From NCBI RefSeq assembly GCF_000002075.1, contig NW_004797276.1, forward strand, positions 1,915,972 to 1,979,971: a stretch of DNA of 64,000 bases, read 5' to 3'. A program made the position numbers and the translations under genes. The notes under the pieces were generated by a model. It was not told the origin of the DNA. It did not search any database and worked only from the letters and a program-made list of their open reading frames with translations. Below, piece by piece: positions 1-13,200 of the stretch. The stretch's first letter is position 1, and each line of letters begins with the position of its first letter. This DNA comes from Aplysia californica. Its lineage: Eukaryota.

Positions 1-2059
1 TCTGCGTAATGGGGTCATCTGCTGGCAGTGATCCTGCCTTTCATTTTCTTAAAAAATTGGTCGGTGTGGTCACAGCACAGCAATTTATGATGCATCATGA
101 CATGGGCGGGGAGCTCTGTTAGAGATGGAAAGCAATAAATTTTTGTTGGGAGGGGGGGGGGGGGCATTGCTTGAATCCAACTGGTTCCCACCTGACACAT
201 TGCATGTATTTTTTTTAAAACCCTGCCCCCAAACAAACAAAAATGTGAATAACGACTTCTGAAAAGAACTTAAGTGCCCTGGAGTCACGTCAGTTCATTT
301 TAAAGTAAGGGAAGATCAGGAGATCATTGTACAGATTATGGACCTGACCATGAGTTACTGTGGATTCTTCCCCCTGGCCATTTGGGTAAGATCCCGGTTC
401 GCCTTAGATCCCACATTTTCCTTGCTTCCGAGCACCCGGATCTTTGGCGGAGACTACTGTATATATATATTTTATCAGACTGTGAAGTGAAACAGGTTTA
501 TCCAGTCTGTCATTTCTCATCCGGGAAAAAACTTCTGAACCATTTGCTGTTATGCCTAAGAGTTTTACTTAATTAATGAAAGCATGAAATAGCCTATAGT
601 TATAGCTCTGCTTATGCGCTGCTCGCAAATGTTGTTGCCTGCATTCTGTAATCTGCTTCTCTCTTTAAAATAATTGGGGACTTTTGCTGCCATATTGTTA
701 CTTTTGCTTTTTGCAATAGATTTGCAAGCCATACATCTTACAATAAAGCCTTTTTATTATGATGTCTGCCCTTACAAGTTTTTGATTACTAAATTAACAC
801 AAAATGGTAATCCTACCCCCCTCCTACAAATGTTTTAGCAAGTAGGCCTATTTATGCTATTGACATAAAATGTTGATCCATGCATTTTGTCAGTGGAAAA
901 CATTGTATTCAATAACGCAGTATTTTTAATCAATGAACTTCATGGGTTTGGGGTTTTTTTTAAGATATTGTTTGTCCTTGTCTTTCATTTTAATTTGTTT
1001 GTGTGTTCCTTTTCTGTGTTTTTTCTTTCTTTTTATCTGGAGATGAGAGATGTGTCTGTGCCCATGCTAGGGAAAATTAGGTAAGCCTATAAACTTTTTG
1101 TATTCATATATATATGATCCAGCTCCGTATATATATGAAAACGTTTTAACGTTAAAATTTATTAATGCCTTTTCCGAGTGCCGACACCCATGAACATTTT
1201 CAAACCCATTGTAACTTTGTAGCCTTGCAGAATATAGAGATATGGGGTTTCTATATATATTTTATGCAATAAAGAAAGGGTGTATTACGTCATCTCTGTG
1301 TTTGTTATGTTTTTTCTTAATGGTGTGAAATCACTTTGTGCTCACTGAGGCTCTAGCAGAGGTGAGGTCAATTCCAGTCCATGAAAGCAAGAATGGTGAA
1401 AATGTATATATATATATATGCAATATATATTAAACAATTCTGTGGGTTCTTGGTTTTTTCTGTTCAACTCAATGACTCAATATAGTTACTCATACACACA
1501 CGAAAGGTTGAATTTTTGGTTGTTTGTTTTGTTCTCTTTTGGTGTGTGGATGGTTAGCAGGCGCACTGGTGTCGTTTACTCTTTCTTTCCTATCAAGCAT
1601 CTATTGTCTTTATCTATCTTCATAGGTCAGAGGTCTTCACTTTGGAGCGTAAAAAGAACTGCATGGAATGTATGGTGGTTATTTCTGATCACAGAGCTAG
1701 CAAACTGATGGAGTTTGTAGTAGATTGATTCTGTTCAGCCTATATTTCAAAGAGACATGTATAATTTTGATGTCAAATTTAAAGCAAGTAGAATATATAT
1801 ATATATATATAAGATCCTACAAATGTATCTTGTTGGAACCCTCTAGTTGTTGGGTGTCACATATAAACCCAATTTTTGTGACTGTTTGATTGCACAAGAG
1901 AAGCATGGGATTCTGGTTTTCAAAGATAGTTCGTTGGTGGTTGGCCTGTGCTCAAGTGTGGTTTCCTTCTTCTTTCCTATCAAATATCTATGGTCCTTAA
2001 CTCCCCTTCTTCTTTTTTATGTTTGTTGCTCTCTTGTAACACCTCTAATCTTCTGACAC

Positions 2060-2120
2060 TCATATATGACCTTTTGCAGTTGCGAGTGCCGTAATACCCC
2101 TACTAAAACTAAAACTAAGG
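2060..2120 (+). mobile_element. 3' tail fragment of the same SINE family
   Basis: atatgaccttttgcagttgcgagtgccgtaa matches ~26878-26910. Confidence 0.55.
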
Positions 2121-2769
2121 ATAGTTTATAATTTATTTATATGGCAACCTGTGTAATCATTTATGGATAGAGTTTATTTCTCCACACTGATAATTAAAGG
2201 AAAAACTGTTCAAGGTAATTCATATATTTTTATTGTCAGTATTGGGGGCTCTTTAGTGATTTTGATTGTTTCAGAATTTAAGTGTCTTCTTTTTAAGGAC
2301 AATATGGCATCTACAGATCATAGGGTCAAATTATAGTCAAACCCTTGCTCATTTTGATAGCAGTTGATGAACTCAGCTAAAACCTAATACACTCACTAGG
2401 CCCACATACTCAGTCTCACTCTACCTATCTAGCAGCATATGACGCACAAAATGAGGGCAGTACATGTATTTCAATTGTTACTATGATATCACAATGAAAC
2501 AATTACAATTTTGATAGGTTACCTACGCAGCCCTTATCTTGAGATGGAGGGTAAAGTGCACTTTATTTCTCTTCTCCACTATTGTTGTAACAGTAACGCA
2601 TTAGGTCCCAGGTTCGAACCGAAATCAAGACGAGGAATAAAAACCCACCTTAGTCTCTATATCGTGAAGTCACACGTGAGTGACATGGGCCTGACCAGAC
2701 TGGCTTATATTCGGAGTTACTACAAAAATCGGGAAGTTCTGCCACACCCACCACTCCATCTGGTCCTTT

Positions 2770-2869
2770 CCTCCTTCAAATTATCACTCTTCGGACTCTT
2801 TTTCGAATAATCAGTCAGGACAAAGCTTCGTACAGACGAAGATCTCACTGAAGAAGTGAAAGTTAATTG

Positions 2870-2924
<55 letters not shown>

Positions 2925-3590
2925 ATTCCTTGAGGAGGGGTAAATACAATGTATTAATATTATATTTCCCTAAGCTCCGATGGCAAAAATGCATGGAACT
3001 TCACAAGGATTACATTGAGAAGTAGATAATAGAGTAATTGCTCTAAGCTGGAATTTCATTGTAACTCAATAAGAATTTTCTAAGATATAGCCATTTTCAC
3101 ATAAACTTTGGGGACAACCCTCCACATAGGCCTACAAATAAATGTAGGCTTAATACATTCAACAGTTCAACATGTCGAAGATTCTCTCTTAATGGCGCTG
3201 GCGGAGGCCGAAATAGTCAACTTAGGAGCCTGTTCCAATTTGACTTTAAATAGACTTATTTTCCCTGGACATTTCTAATTTCCTTCCAGATTTAATTTTT
3301 AAAACTGAGCGTACATTATATCAATACTAACGGTTATGTTCTAGGAGCACACTTTTTTAAAGTAATAGAAATAAATAAAATAGATTACTTTCCCAGATCT
3401 AAGAAAACAGAGGTTGCCATATATATGAAGTACTTTTACCCTTTATGTTCTTATTTTCTGCCGACCTGCCCTAAATTTTCACCACATGATCTCTGGACTA
3501 TGCAGATAATGAAAGTGGAAAGAACCCAAGGATCAATTCCTCAATTCTTTTTTAAAAAGCAAAAAAAACAACAAAAAACGTAGCGCCAAG
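2770..3590 (+). repeat. Upstream segment of the tandem duplication, paralogous to 37275-38452
   Basis: Shared blocks such as aatcagtcaggacaaagcttc, ccgatggcaaaaa, agccattttcacataaactttggggaca, cgtagcgccaag. Confidence 0.9.
2873..2922. repeat. (CT)n microsatellite
   Basis: Direct. Confidence 0.95.
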
Positions 3591-3639
3591 TGTTATCCAT
3601 CACAAACTACTGTAACGTATGTGTGTGCCTGGGTGCGTG

Positions 3640-3642
<3 letters not shown>

Positions 3643-3693
<51 letters not shown>
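3643..3693. repeat. (CT)n microsatellite
   Basis: Direct. Confidence 0.95.
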
Positions 3694-3694
<1 letters not shown>

Positions 3695-6644
3695 ACGTGG
3701 AAAGTGTTTGTCTGAGGCTGTACCGTGGCCCTGTCCAAGAGACAAGGGAGGAAAGAATAGGACCACTGTATCCGTACCGCGCCAAAGGTCGGTAGGGCAA
3801 AGGGTTAGCAGCCCTTTTCAGTAAAACAAAAAGCAGCTACAAAAACATCAACAGCAAAAACAACACGAGCGCCAGTTCTGGAAGATGGAAGACTTTCATC
3901 CCCGAGGAGAGGAGAGAATAGGGAGTGTAGAATGACGCAGGGTGGTGAAAGCCGAAATGAAACCACCAAGCCGAAAAACCTCATGTCGACCAGAAGAACC
4001 ACCAGACTTGGCACCTGGAATGTTCGTACAATATACGAGGCAGGAAGGCACTGCTGGTTGCAAGAGAGATGGAGGCCTACCAACTGGACATATTGGGTAT
4101 CTGTGAGACGAGATGGACGAATGCAGGGGAGTGCCAACTTGCTTCAGGGGAAACAATTCTCTACTCTGGACATTTGGAAGCAAACTCGCCACATACCGAA
4201 GGAGTGGGTATTCTGTTATCATCACACGCCAAGTGAGCTTTGATAGAATAGAAAGCAGAGGGTCCGCGACTAACATCAGCCGAATTCCGTTCACAGAAGA
4301 AAGACATCAACCTTCATGTTATCCATGGATATGCCCCCACCAAGGATAAGGAACAGGATGGGAAAGAGACCTTCTACAAAATGCTACAAAACACTAGTGA
4401 TCGGGTTAGCAGGAAGGACATCTTGATTGTAATGGGAGACTTCAACGCTAAGAACACTAGGCGAGGATAGCAGCGTGAAAGAGACATGGGAAACAATAAA
4501 AGAAGGCGGGACCACTGTGTGTCAAGCGGTACTGGGGAAACGGAAACGTGAGCACAAGCCTTGGATATCTGCCACCACTCTGTGAAAGAGGACAGGAAGA
4601 AAAAAGATCAGGTAGACAGGAGCAAGACAAGAGTAGCCAAAGCAAAGGCCCAAGAAGAATACATCAAAGCAATGAAGGATGTAAAAGTCAACATACGGAA
4701 AGATAAAATAAACCATGTAGATGACCTAGCGCGCGAGGCAGAGGAAACAGCAGCGGCAGGAAATGCATGTATGAGAGGACTGTATGAAACCACCAAGAAA
4801 CTTGCAGGCAGATACAAGAACGCAGATGTGCCGGTGGAGGATAAAGAGGGAAAGCTTCTCACAAATCCAGACTAACAGAAAGAACGGTGGAAAGAGCATT
4901 TCAAAGAGCTACTGAACAGACCAAGGCCAGAAAAACAGTTTGGCATTCCACCATCAGAGATTGATCTGGAGGTGAGTGAAAAAAAGCCCAGTTTAGAGGA
5001 GATCAAAGAGGTGATAAGACACCAGAAAGCAGACAAGGCGGCCGGCCAAGATGGAATTGCCACAGAAGTTCTCAAGGCGGATATCGACACTGCGGCAGGG
5101 ATTCTTCATGGAATTATTGGCAAGATATGGGACAGCGAAGAATTTCCACAGGATTGGAGAGAGGGATTACTTGTGAAACTACCCAAGAAAGGAGACCTGT
5201 ATGAGTGTAAAAACTATAGAGGCATCATGCTCCTGTCCATTCCGGGGAAGATTTTAAGTCGTACAAAACTTGAAAGACTGAAGGAAGCCGTGGATGTAAA
5301 ACTAAGAGAGGAGCAGGCAGGATTTCGTAAAAAGAGATCATGCACAGATCAGATTGCAACTTTGAGGATAATAGTGGAGCAGTCCACAGAGTGGAACTCT
5401 TCCCTGTACGTTAAATTTGTTGACTACGAGAACGCTTTTGACAGCCTAGATAGGGACTCAATGTGGAAGCTCATGCGCCACTACACTAAGATGCATGAGG
5501 GAATGAGCTGCAGTGTCTTATTGGGAGGGCTGCGGACAGACTCGTTTGAAGTGAAAACAGGAGTGAGACAGGGATGCCTGCTATCGCCTTTTCTCTTTTT
5601 ATTAGCTGTGGATTGGATAATGAGACAGACAACATCGGTACAACACGGTGGCATACAGTGGACCCTTTTCATTCAGTTGGAAGACTTGGACTTTGCCGAC
5701 GACTTGACACTTCTTTCTCACAGTCGAGCCCAGATGCAACAGAAGACAGATCTCCCCAGGACCTTCTCCCGTAGTGTTGGACTCCATATTCACACGGTTA
5801 AAACGAATGTTCTTCAAATGGATGCAGCCGACCTTCCTATCATACTGCAAGGGGCACCATTGGCGGGTGTTGAATCCTTCACCTACCTGGGAAGTGTCAA
5901 CAACAAGGCAGGGGGAACAGACGAAGACATCAAGGTCAGAATCCAAAAGGCAAGAGCAGCATTCATCACCCTCAGGAATATATGGATGTCTAAGGAACTG
6001 GGATAGAACACCAAGCTGAGGATCTTCAAAACAAACGTGAAGACTGTTCTACTGTATGGTTCAGAGATATTGATGCTCACAGCATCAGCAGCAAGGAAAC
6101 TGCAGAGCTTCATAAACGAATGCCTAAGAAGGATAGAGAAGCTAGTGGGGATCAAGTGGTACGATCGAGTCACAAATGCTCAACTGTGGGAAAGAACAAG
6201 TGAAAGGCCAGTAAAGGAAGACATACAGGTGAAGAAATGGAAATGGATTGGACACACCCCGAGACCTCCGACAAGCATCATCAGACAGGCTTTGACGTGG
6301 AATCCACAAGGAAAACGTAAGAAATGAAGACCAAAAATGACATGGAGGCGAGCGGTACAAGCGGAAATGGGAAAGGCGGCGACATCATGGAAACAGCTAG
6401 AAAAGGATGCATGGGACAGGCTTCGCTGGAGAGATGTTATTGATGGCCTATACTCNNNNNNNNNNNNNNNNNNNNNNNNNNNNNNNNNNNNNNNNNNNNN
6501 NNNNNNNNNNNNNNNNNNNNNNNNNNNNNNNNNNNNNNNNNNNNNNNNNNNNNNNNNNNNNNNNNNNNNNNNNNNNNNNNNNNNNNNNNNNNNNNNNNNN
6601 NNNNNNNNNNNNNNNNNNNGTGAGAAAGGCAATGATGATGATGA
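3695..6644 (+). mobile_element. RTE-clade LINE, degenerate (internal deletion, stops)
   Basis: APE motifs RLGTWNVRT, GYAPT, IVMGDFNA; RT motifs NYRGIMLLS, EQAGFR, GVRQGCLLSP, LDFADD; C-terminal WNPQGKRK; (TGA)n tail near 6632-6643. Confidence 0.92.
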
Positions 6645-6779
6645 ACAAAAATAATAAATTGTACAAGATCATTATATACCAAAACAAGCTAGCTACTGTG
6701 TTCTATTTGAAAGAGAACTATCTACGGTACACCTTTTGAAGTAAACACTGGTGTTAGGTACTTTTAAAAATTGTGATCG

Positions 6780-7228
6780 ATTTTGTAAGGAGACAGAGCA
6801 GACATTGAAACAGGCATTGGATGGGAAAATGGCACGTATTTAGGAGATTTAGATTTTGCGGATGACATCTGCCTATTAAACACCACAGTACATGAAATAC
6901 AATCAGTTTAAATTTAAACAAACGAACCAGCAAAAGCTTTTGAAAAGGTTGGCCTTATAATAAATGTATCTAACATAAGTACTACGACTATCATCAGAAA
7001 CTATGTCCAACACTATTTGTGGAGAACCCCTCGCAGAAATTAATAAATGCAATTGCCATAGAAGCATTATATCCAAAACTGCAGACTGCCTTGACGACGT
7101 CCACCAAAGACTTAAAAATGCCTTTTGGTGAAATTAAAAACTATATTTTATATTATAGTCCAAGATCACTTCATTGAAGACGAAATTAGAAATATATAAT
7201 AGCAATATTTTGGCCGTATTGACGTACT
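6780..7228 (+). mobile_element. Older RTE-like RT remnant
   Basis: DLDFADDICLL near 6846 and LKTKLEIYNSNILAVLTY near 7174, with frameshifts. Confidence 0.7.
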
Positions 7229-7244
7229 CTAAGGTATCAAACTA

Positions 7245-7395
7245 AAAAAAAAAGATGACAGAACTTTGCTAGAGAGCAGGAAAGGAGGTGAAAGTAGACA
7301 ATTTTAGAGAAGAAAATTTTTCAGTTGCTTCCTGGATTCAAACCGAGACCTTTGAATGAGAGGCAACACCTTAACCTCTAGGCCACGAGAGCCAC
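7245..7395 (-). mobile_element. tRNA-derived SINE, head fragment
   Basis: Reverse complement matches the head of the 26399 and 41072 SINE copies (A/B boxes, ttttcttctctaaaattgt). Confidence 0.8.
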
Positions 7396-7479
7396 TGATC
7401 CACTGGAGTGGTCACAGTGGTGTGGGGCTGGTTCATTATCTTGCAATTTATGTAGCCCCACCTCTGTAAATCTGAACTT

Positions 7480-8945
7480 GAACAATGTCAACATGACTTA
7501 ATTTGGTCACTGTATTAGAAGAGCCTTACTTGAAATGGTGTAGTGATGGAAATTGTATTACTTGAGCGTGTAATTCCAATGCAGGACAAATGAAGTTGAC
7601 TGCAAATAAATGTTTCTCTATAAACAAAGTGACACTAAGGCAGTGAAAAATTAGGTCCTCACCATCGCAATGATATCGAAATAATAAAACCAACAAAAAG
7701 GCCAAAGGTGCAGTCGTGTGTTTAATAAGAATCTTTTTGAAACAGTGGAGTGGCTTTCAGTCATCGTTAGCAAACACTCATTGTACTGTTTGTATTGACT
7801 GCTTCAAGAGCTCTAGTAGACACAGCCAGCACAGATAGACGTTGGTCATTGCATTGCAAGGTCTCACTCTATAACGAACGGGTGAGAAAGAACAGGTATG
7901 TATTGTGTAAGGTATGGAGTGTATTTTGTTCTGTGGAACTTACGAACTTGCCCTACATGGTCATGAAAAAGGCGATTTCTCGGGGAACAGAGGTATCTTT
8001 CTTGATTTACTTTTTACTGCACAGAGACGCTAACACTGACAGGATACTGTTTGATCATCTGCAAAGCTCTACAGTTGCAAAATATACTTCCAAAATTATA
8101 ATACAAACGAACTGTTTGACTGTATTTTCAAATATACCATGAAGAACTGAATTAAGACATACACTCTGCCAACTTTTCTTTCTATTCAGGCTAATGAAGC
8201 AACTGATGCTGGTCATTTGTCACAGTTTGTGATCAATTTGAGGCATATTAAGGATGGAAAACCGGTAGAGCAGTTTCTAATGTTATTCAAATCCAAAGAC
8301 AGAACTTGTCAGAGTTTGTTTCAACCCTAAAAGATGCTTTAGAACCATTCAGTGTCGAGAAGAAGCCTATCGCCAAACCTGTAATGGGGCAGCTGTAATG
8401 AGCGGGAGAGTTTCTGGTTTACAGAATCAGATGCGCCAATTTTCCCTAACGCTGTCTTTGTTCATTGCTATGCTTATCAGCTGAATCTTGTGTTAAAGCC
8501 CACTTGTTCTGGCATATATCAGACTCCTGGATATTTTTCGCCAACGCTGCACGCTTTTTAACATTTTTTGCCCACTCTACAAAACGCATTGACATTCTCA
8601 TTCTCAGTTGCCTTTGTCACCGTAATATTCCATGGCCATCTGAAACAAGGTGGAATTTTAGTGTCGACTTAATTAGATTATTAGCATAGTCTTCACTTGG
8701 AAAGGAGAGATCCAGTTCTGTCTTCAAGAAATTCAGTCTGAGCACTGGGATGATAATACCACCTTCAAAGCGTGTGGTCCCTTGAATGTACCAAAAAACG
8801 ATACATTTCTATTCTTTTTGCACTTTTTTTTTACAGTGTTCACGCATGCATAGGATGCTCCAATACAGAAGTATAACACCCATAGTAGCCCAACAAGCTC
8901 TAGACACATTTAAAGCAGCCATTGAGGAAATTGAAATAGTGTAAG
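7480..8945 (+). mobile_element. hAT (Tip100/ZMYM1-like) transposase remnant
   Basis: Frame-broken motifs FSSIQANEATD..SQFVINLRHI, GAAVMSG, FVHCYAYQLNLVL, ETRWN; boundaries approximate. Confidence 0.8.
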
Positions 8946-8956
8946 TATTCCACCAA

Positions 8957-9111
8957 CAAGTTAGATCAAATACCCCAACTAGCCTACTTACTATCTCACC
9001 ATTGTGATAAGTCTCGGCGGTCGAGTGCTTGCTATCTTCATTTTTGACCTTCTATGTACCACAGCTTGCTGCACACTTCCCAGTTTGAATGTTGTAAACC
9101 TTGAAGAGTTG

Positions 9112-9178
<67 letters not shown>

Positions 9179-9282
9179 TATAAGTCTCGACCGAAAACGT
9201 TGATGGGATTTGATGCGATCAGTATCAGGCCAGGAGACTGCAGTGTCACTGGCTAACAACAGACCTGGCAGTGATCCTCCAT
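8957..9282 (+). other. Putative non-coding first exon of GALC copy 1
   Basis: Conserved with 39308-39644 and ends at a consensus donor CAT|gtaagt; the next acceptor lies 29 nt upstream of the ATG. TSS unknown. Confidence 0.55.
9113..9174. repeat. (TA)n microsatellite inside the putative 5' exon of copy 1
   Basis: Direct; only TATAAA at the paralogous site near 39515. Confidence 0.95.
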
Positions 9283-9462
9283 GTAAGTTCTGATGTAGTA
9301 ATGTGAACGATTGTTCTAGTGTTGCAGCTTTATCATATTTATTGTCTGTTATTTTATCGGGATACTCTAGCGCATGCTAATTTTAATGCCAATTATATGA
9401 GGGGTTCTTATTTCAAGATCTCTGAACTCGACTTTGACAATAAGAATTTAAATGCATTGATT

Positions 9463-9512
<50 letters not shown>

Positions 9513-10090
9513 TGTACTTGTATTTAGATTTCTGTTCTGGAGTCAAAACAGTCGCTCATGATCTCATCTATTCAGCTGTATTTTTGTCAGCATTTTGCAA
9601 AAACTAAGTAAGCATGATTTGGCCACTCGAGACTAGTCTTATCAATGTGCTTCTTGATTACATCACAAGTGAATAATTTATTACCTGTAATATCATCTTA
9701 AATCTTGTTCATTTATCTTGCTTTTGGTGAAAAAAAAATACATTATCATTATCTTGAATAGAAGTTGAGATATACGGGAGGTGGTTTGCCTGGTTTTAGA
9801 GGTAGAATTAGCGAGAAAATGTCCACAAAGTCAGTGACTTCCAAAGCGGTTTTCTTGGAAACTACGTAACTTTAAACCTAAAGATGATGTTCAGATGATG
9901 ACAGATGCAATCCACACTACAGCGAGCCATGAACTGAACAGGGTTAAGAGGACATCATGCAATGGGTTGCTTTTGAATTGATAACACATACCCGAATCAG
10001 TTACATTTAAGTTGAAATGTTCCCAATGTTTATATCCTCTTTTTAATTTTTTTTTTAACAGAAAGGACTGGCTATATTCTCACCATAGCA

Positions 10091-10219
10091 ATGCACTTCA
10101 CAACCCTGGTTGCTGCGGTGTGTGCTACAGTCTGTGGAGCCTATTCACAGTCCATCGTGTTTGATGACACTCCTGGAATGGGGCGCCAGTTTGATGGAAT
10201 AGGGGGTCTAAGCGCAGGT
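10091..10219 (+). CDS. GALC: GALC copy 1 coding exon 1 (signal peptide, [10 protein letters not shown])
   Basis: Acceptor ttaacag ends at 10061, ATG at 10091, donor GGT|gtacgt. Confidence 0.9.
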
Positions 10220-13200
10220 GTACGTATTTGTATAGTCATCAATGCTAGTCTGGTAGACCTAATGGTTTTTAAGAGGAGAGGAGAAGTTATTTATGTAGTC
10301 TATGTCTCAAATCTTCATCGCTATTATTATGTGTTTCTGTGGAAACACTGGGACAGCAATTTTTTGGGAAATTGTTGACTTAGACATGCTCTCTATTACC
10401 CTTTCCCTGAGTCTTTTGTGTGAACAATGTCAAAATCATTTGGTGCCTAATCTATTTTATTTGCTAGTTTTGTTTATTGGCTATTGACGCAATCACGAAA
10501 AGCTGAGATAATATGGTCATATCATTGCCTTTGAGATAAGACCAGCTAACCCACACAATGTTCCTTCTCTTGACAAATCGGTAGCAAATTATCAATTTCA
10601 TATGCTCAGTCAAAGTCTTGTCTGAATTTTTATTAGAAATACTTCTAAAATATTACAAATAAAGCCAAACAGCCTGCTGGTTGGCAGGTTGCTGCGTGAT
10701 GAAACCAAACAAGTTTTTTGCTTCTCTTGTAAAATTTGCTCCTCTGGGGTTAGCCATTCTTATCATAAGGGCAACGATTTATATATTATTCAGAAAAAAA
10801 GTAAAGTTCCTTTTTTGATAATATATATCTTTTAGAAATATGTGCATCTAAGCTTTATTATATTAGTAAAGTGTCACGCATGTTTTATTTTGTGAGAATA
10901 AGCAACTACTTAATGATCAAGGGATTTTACTAACACTTGTGTCTCTCTTTTTTTTCTACTTTTTAGGCTTCATCTAAGCTACTTGTCAACTATCCACAAG
11001 AACAACGTGACCAGATTCTTGATTATCTATTCAAGGTATTTTTACTAGTGTTACTTCCTGCAGCTGTTGCTGAAGCAAAGAGATAAATAATAGTCAAATA
11101 GCATCCCTGTACTGTTACACAAGAAAGTCTTGAAGAAAGTAAGTCTCTAAGCCTGTAGGTTTGATAAACCTATTGCGAACAGATTGCATTGTCCAACCTT
11201 GTTTGCTTTTTCTCGTATTATTGTAGCTTTTTCTCATTGGAAAAATATCACTTATATGAATGTATTATCCGTTTTAATTGTATAATGATTTGGGTGGTCC
11301 AGCATTATTTCTTCCTTTATATCAGTGTACTGTTCATACAGATGAATATGATAGTTATTGTGCCTACTCACCATGAAATTAGCTTTGTTTCTTCACCTCA
11401 TTACTCTGATTCCTTTTCTTTTCTTTACTTTATGAATCCATCTGTTACTTTGTGCCTCTCCCAATAGAGTGCCAGACAGGCAGGATTCGAAACATGCCTT
11501 TAACAGGAGATCTTACACAATAACTAATAACTTGCAAAAGACACACTCATATATATATATTATATATATTATTATATGCCTTCTATGAGTTTCACCTTCT
11601 CAGGAGAATATATTGAGAGGTTAGTACTGTCCCAGAAACTCTGTTTTCAACACTGTATTTACATCTAAAAGTACATGATCTTGAAATCTACAGCCAAATT
11701 TTGGAGCTTCTCTTCACATTCTTAAAGTAGAAATTGGAGGAGATGTCCAGAGTACTGGTAAGCTCATCATAAATATCATCTTAGTTGTTTATCATTCGGA
11801 AAAAAATATGATTTAAAAAATCATTCATGTACATGAATTTGTGTTAGACTGGCATGTGTAAAATATGTGGTCTTACTTTCATGCTCCAAAAACTATTTCT
11901 TATGTAACTCACAAGTGCACCTTCAAACAATGTTAAATTCACATTTAGTGATCTTAATCTGCCCTCTGGATGTACTGTATATCTAATTCTGTTTTTAATC
12001 ATGAACGCTTGTGTCCATGTTCTTCTGTCTCTGATATTTGTTTTACTGATGATTTTTTTTATTGACATGGGAAAAAAATGTTTATTTTTTTAAAACAAGG
12101 TTTAGCATCTCTCATCCTTTAGTTTGTTCAGTGATTGTTCATCTTCTATCTTCTCATAATTCAGATCAAAATCAGTACAGAGACCATTATCTTTCTGTTA
12201 TGACAATGATTGTTTTGACACATTTATTTTATGTTGCATGGTCAGATGGCACCGAGGCATCCCATATGCACAACAGTTGGGAGGAAAATTACCAGAGAGG
12301 CTATGAATGGTGGCTCATGAAAGAAGCCAAAAAGGTTTGTATATTTGATAATTAAAACAAAGCTCTCAAAATTGTTTTGAGTTTGAGTTAATTTGAAATA
12401 AAAAAGTAGATGAATGTTTACTTTACAGAAGCTGCTTTGATGTATGGCTGCAAGAATAAACATATTAAAGTCTCTGTCATTGTCAGCTATGTGCAATTTG
12501 AGCTGCTAAGCTTCTATTCCTTGATCTCTGGATCATGACAAAAATGCCAAGTGTCGAAAACATTTACGTGGTTCATGGACAGGAACTGTTGTACCAAAGT
12601 TATATTTGTAGTACTTTTTAAATGTTTGCAAGTGTCTGAAAGTTTTGGTTTTTGAACATGTTTCATCAATGTTTCAGAGAAATCCCAACATTAAACTCTA
12701 TGGCTTACCTTGGGGTTTTCCGGGCTGGATTGGACAAGGTACCCAATCCCCGTATGTCAACATCAGTATGACAGCCGACTACATTGTCAGGTGGATCAAT
12801 GGTGCTAAAGTGTACCATAATTTAACCATTGATTACGTCGGGGTGAGTTTACTTTAATCACATTAGGTTTTGAGTACGCTGTATTGAATAACATACCTTG
12901 AGAACAAGTTAACGAGAGATACACCAGCTTCTAGCAGCATGAGGAAGTGGGTAATCTTAGTTTGATTATATATTTATTACAAAAAGGGAAATATGTGGTA
13001 GTGTAACATTTTACCGAAGTGATTCACTTATGTACAGACGCTCTATTTGTATTATATTGGTCACTAACTATTATGGAAACATAGATTTCTTGCAATAAAT
13101 GATTGAAAAGACTGTCCGTAAATGGTGAAGTTTTGACTGCATATATTTGGGTTTTATGACTCTGGGTTTTTTTTTATGCCAGTGCTTGTTATCTGCACTG

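Noticed and set aside
1-2770. Coding exons of an upstream gene or a third GALC copy
   Set aside because: No GALC terminal exons or other recognisable coding signal; only repeat fragments.
4972-6006. 344-aa ORF as a host gene or novel reverse transcriptase system
   Set aside because: Ordinary RTE LINE RT with deletions and flanking stops.
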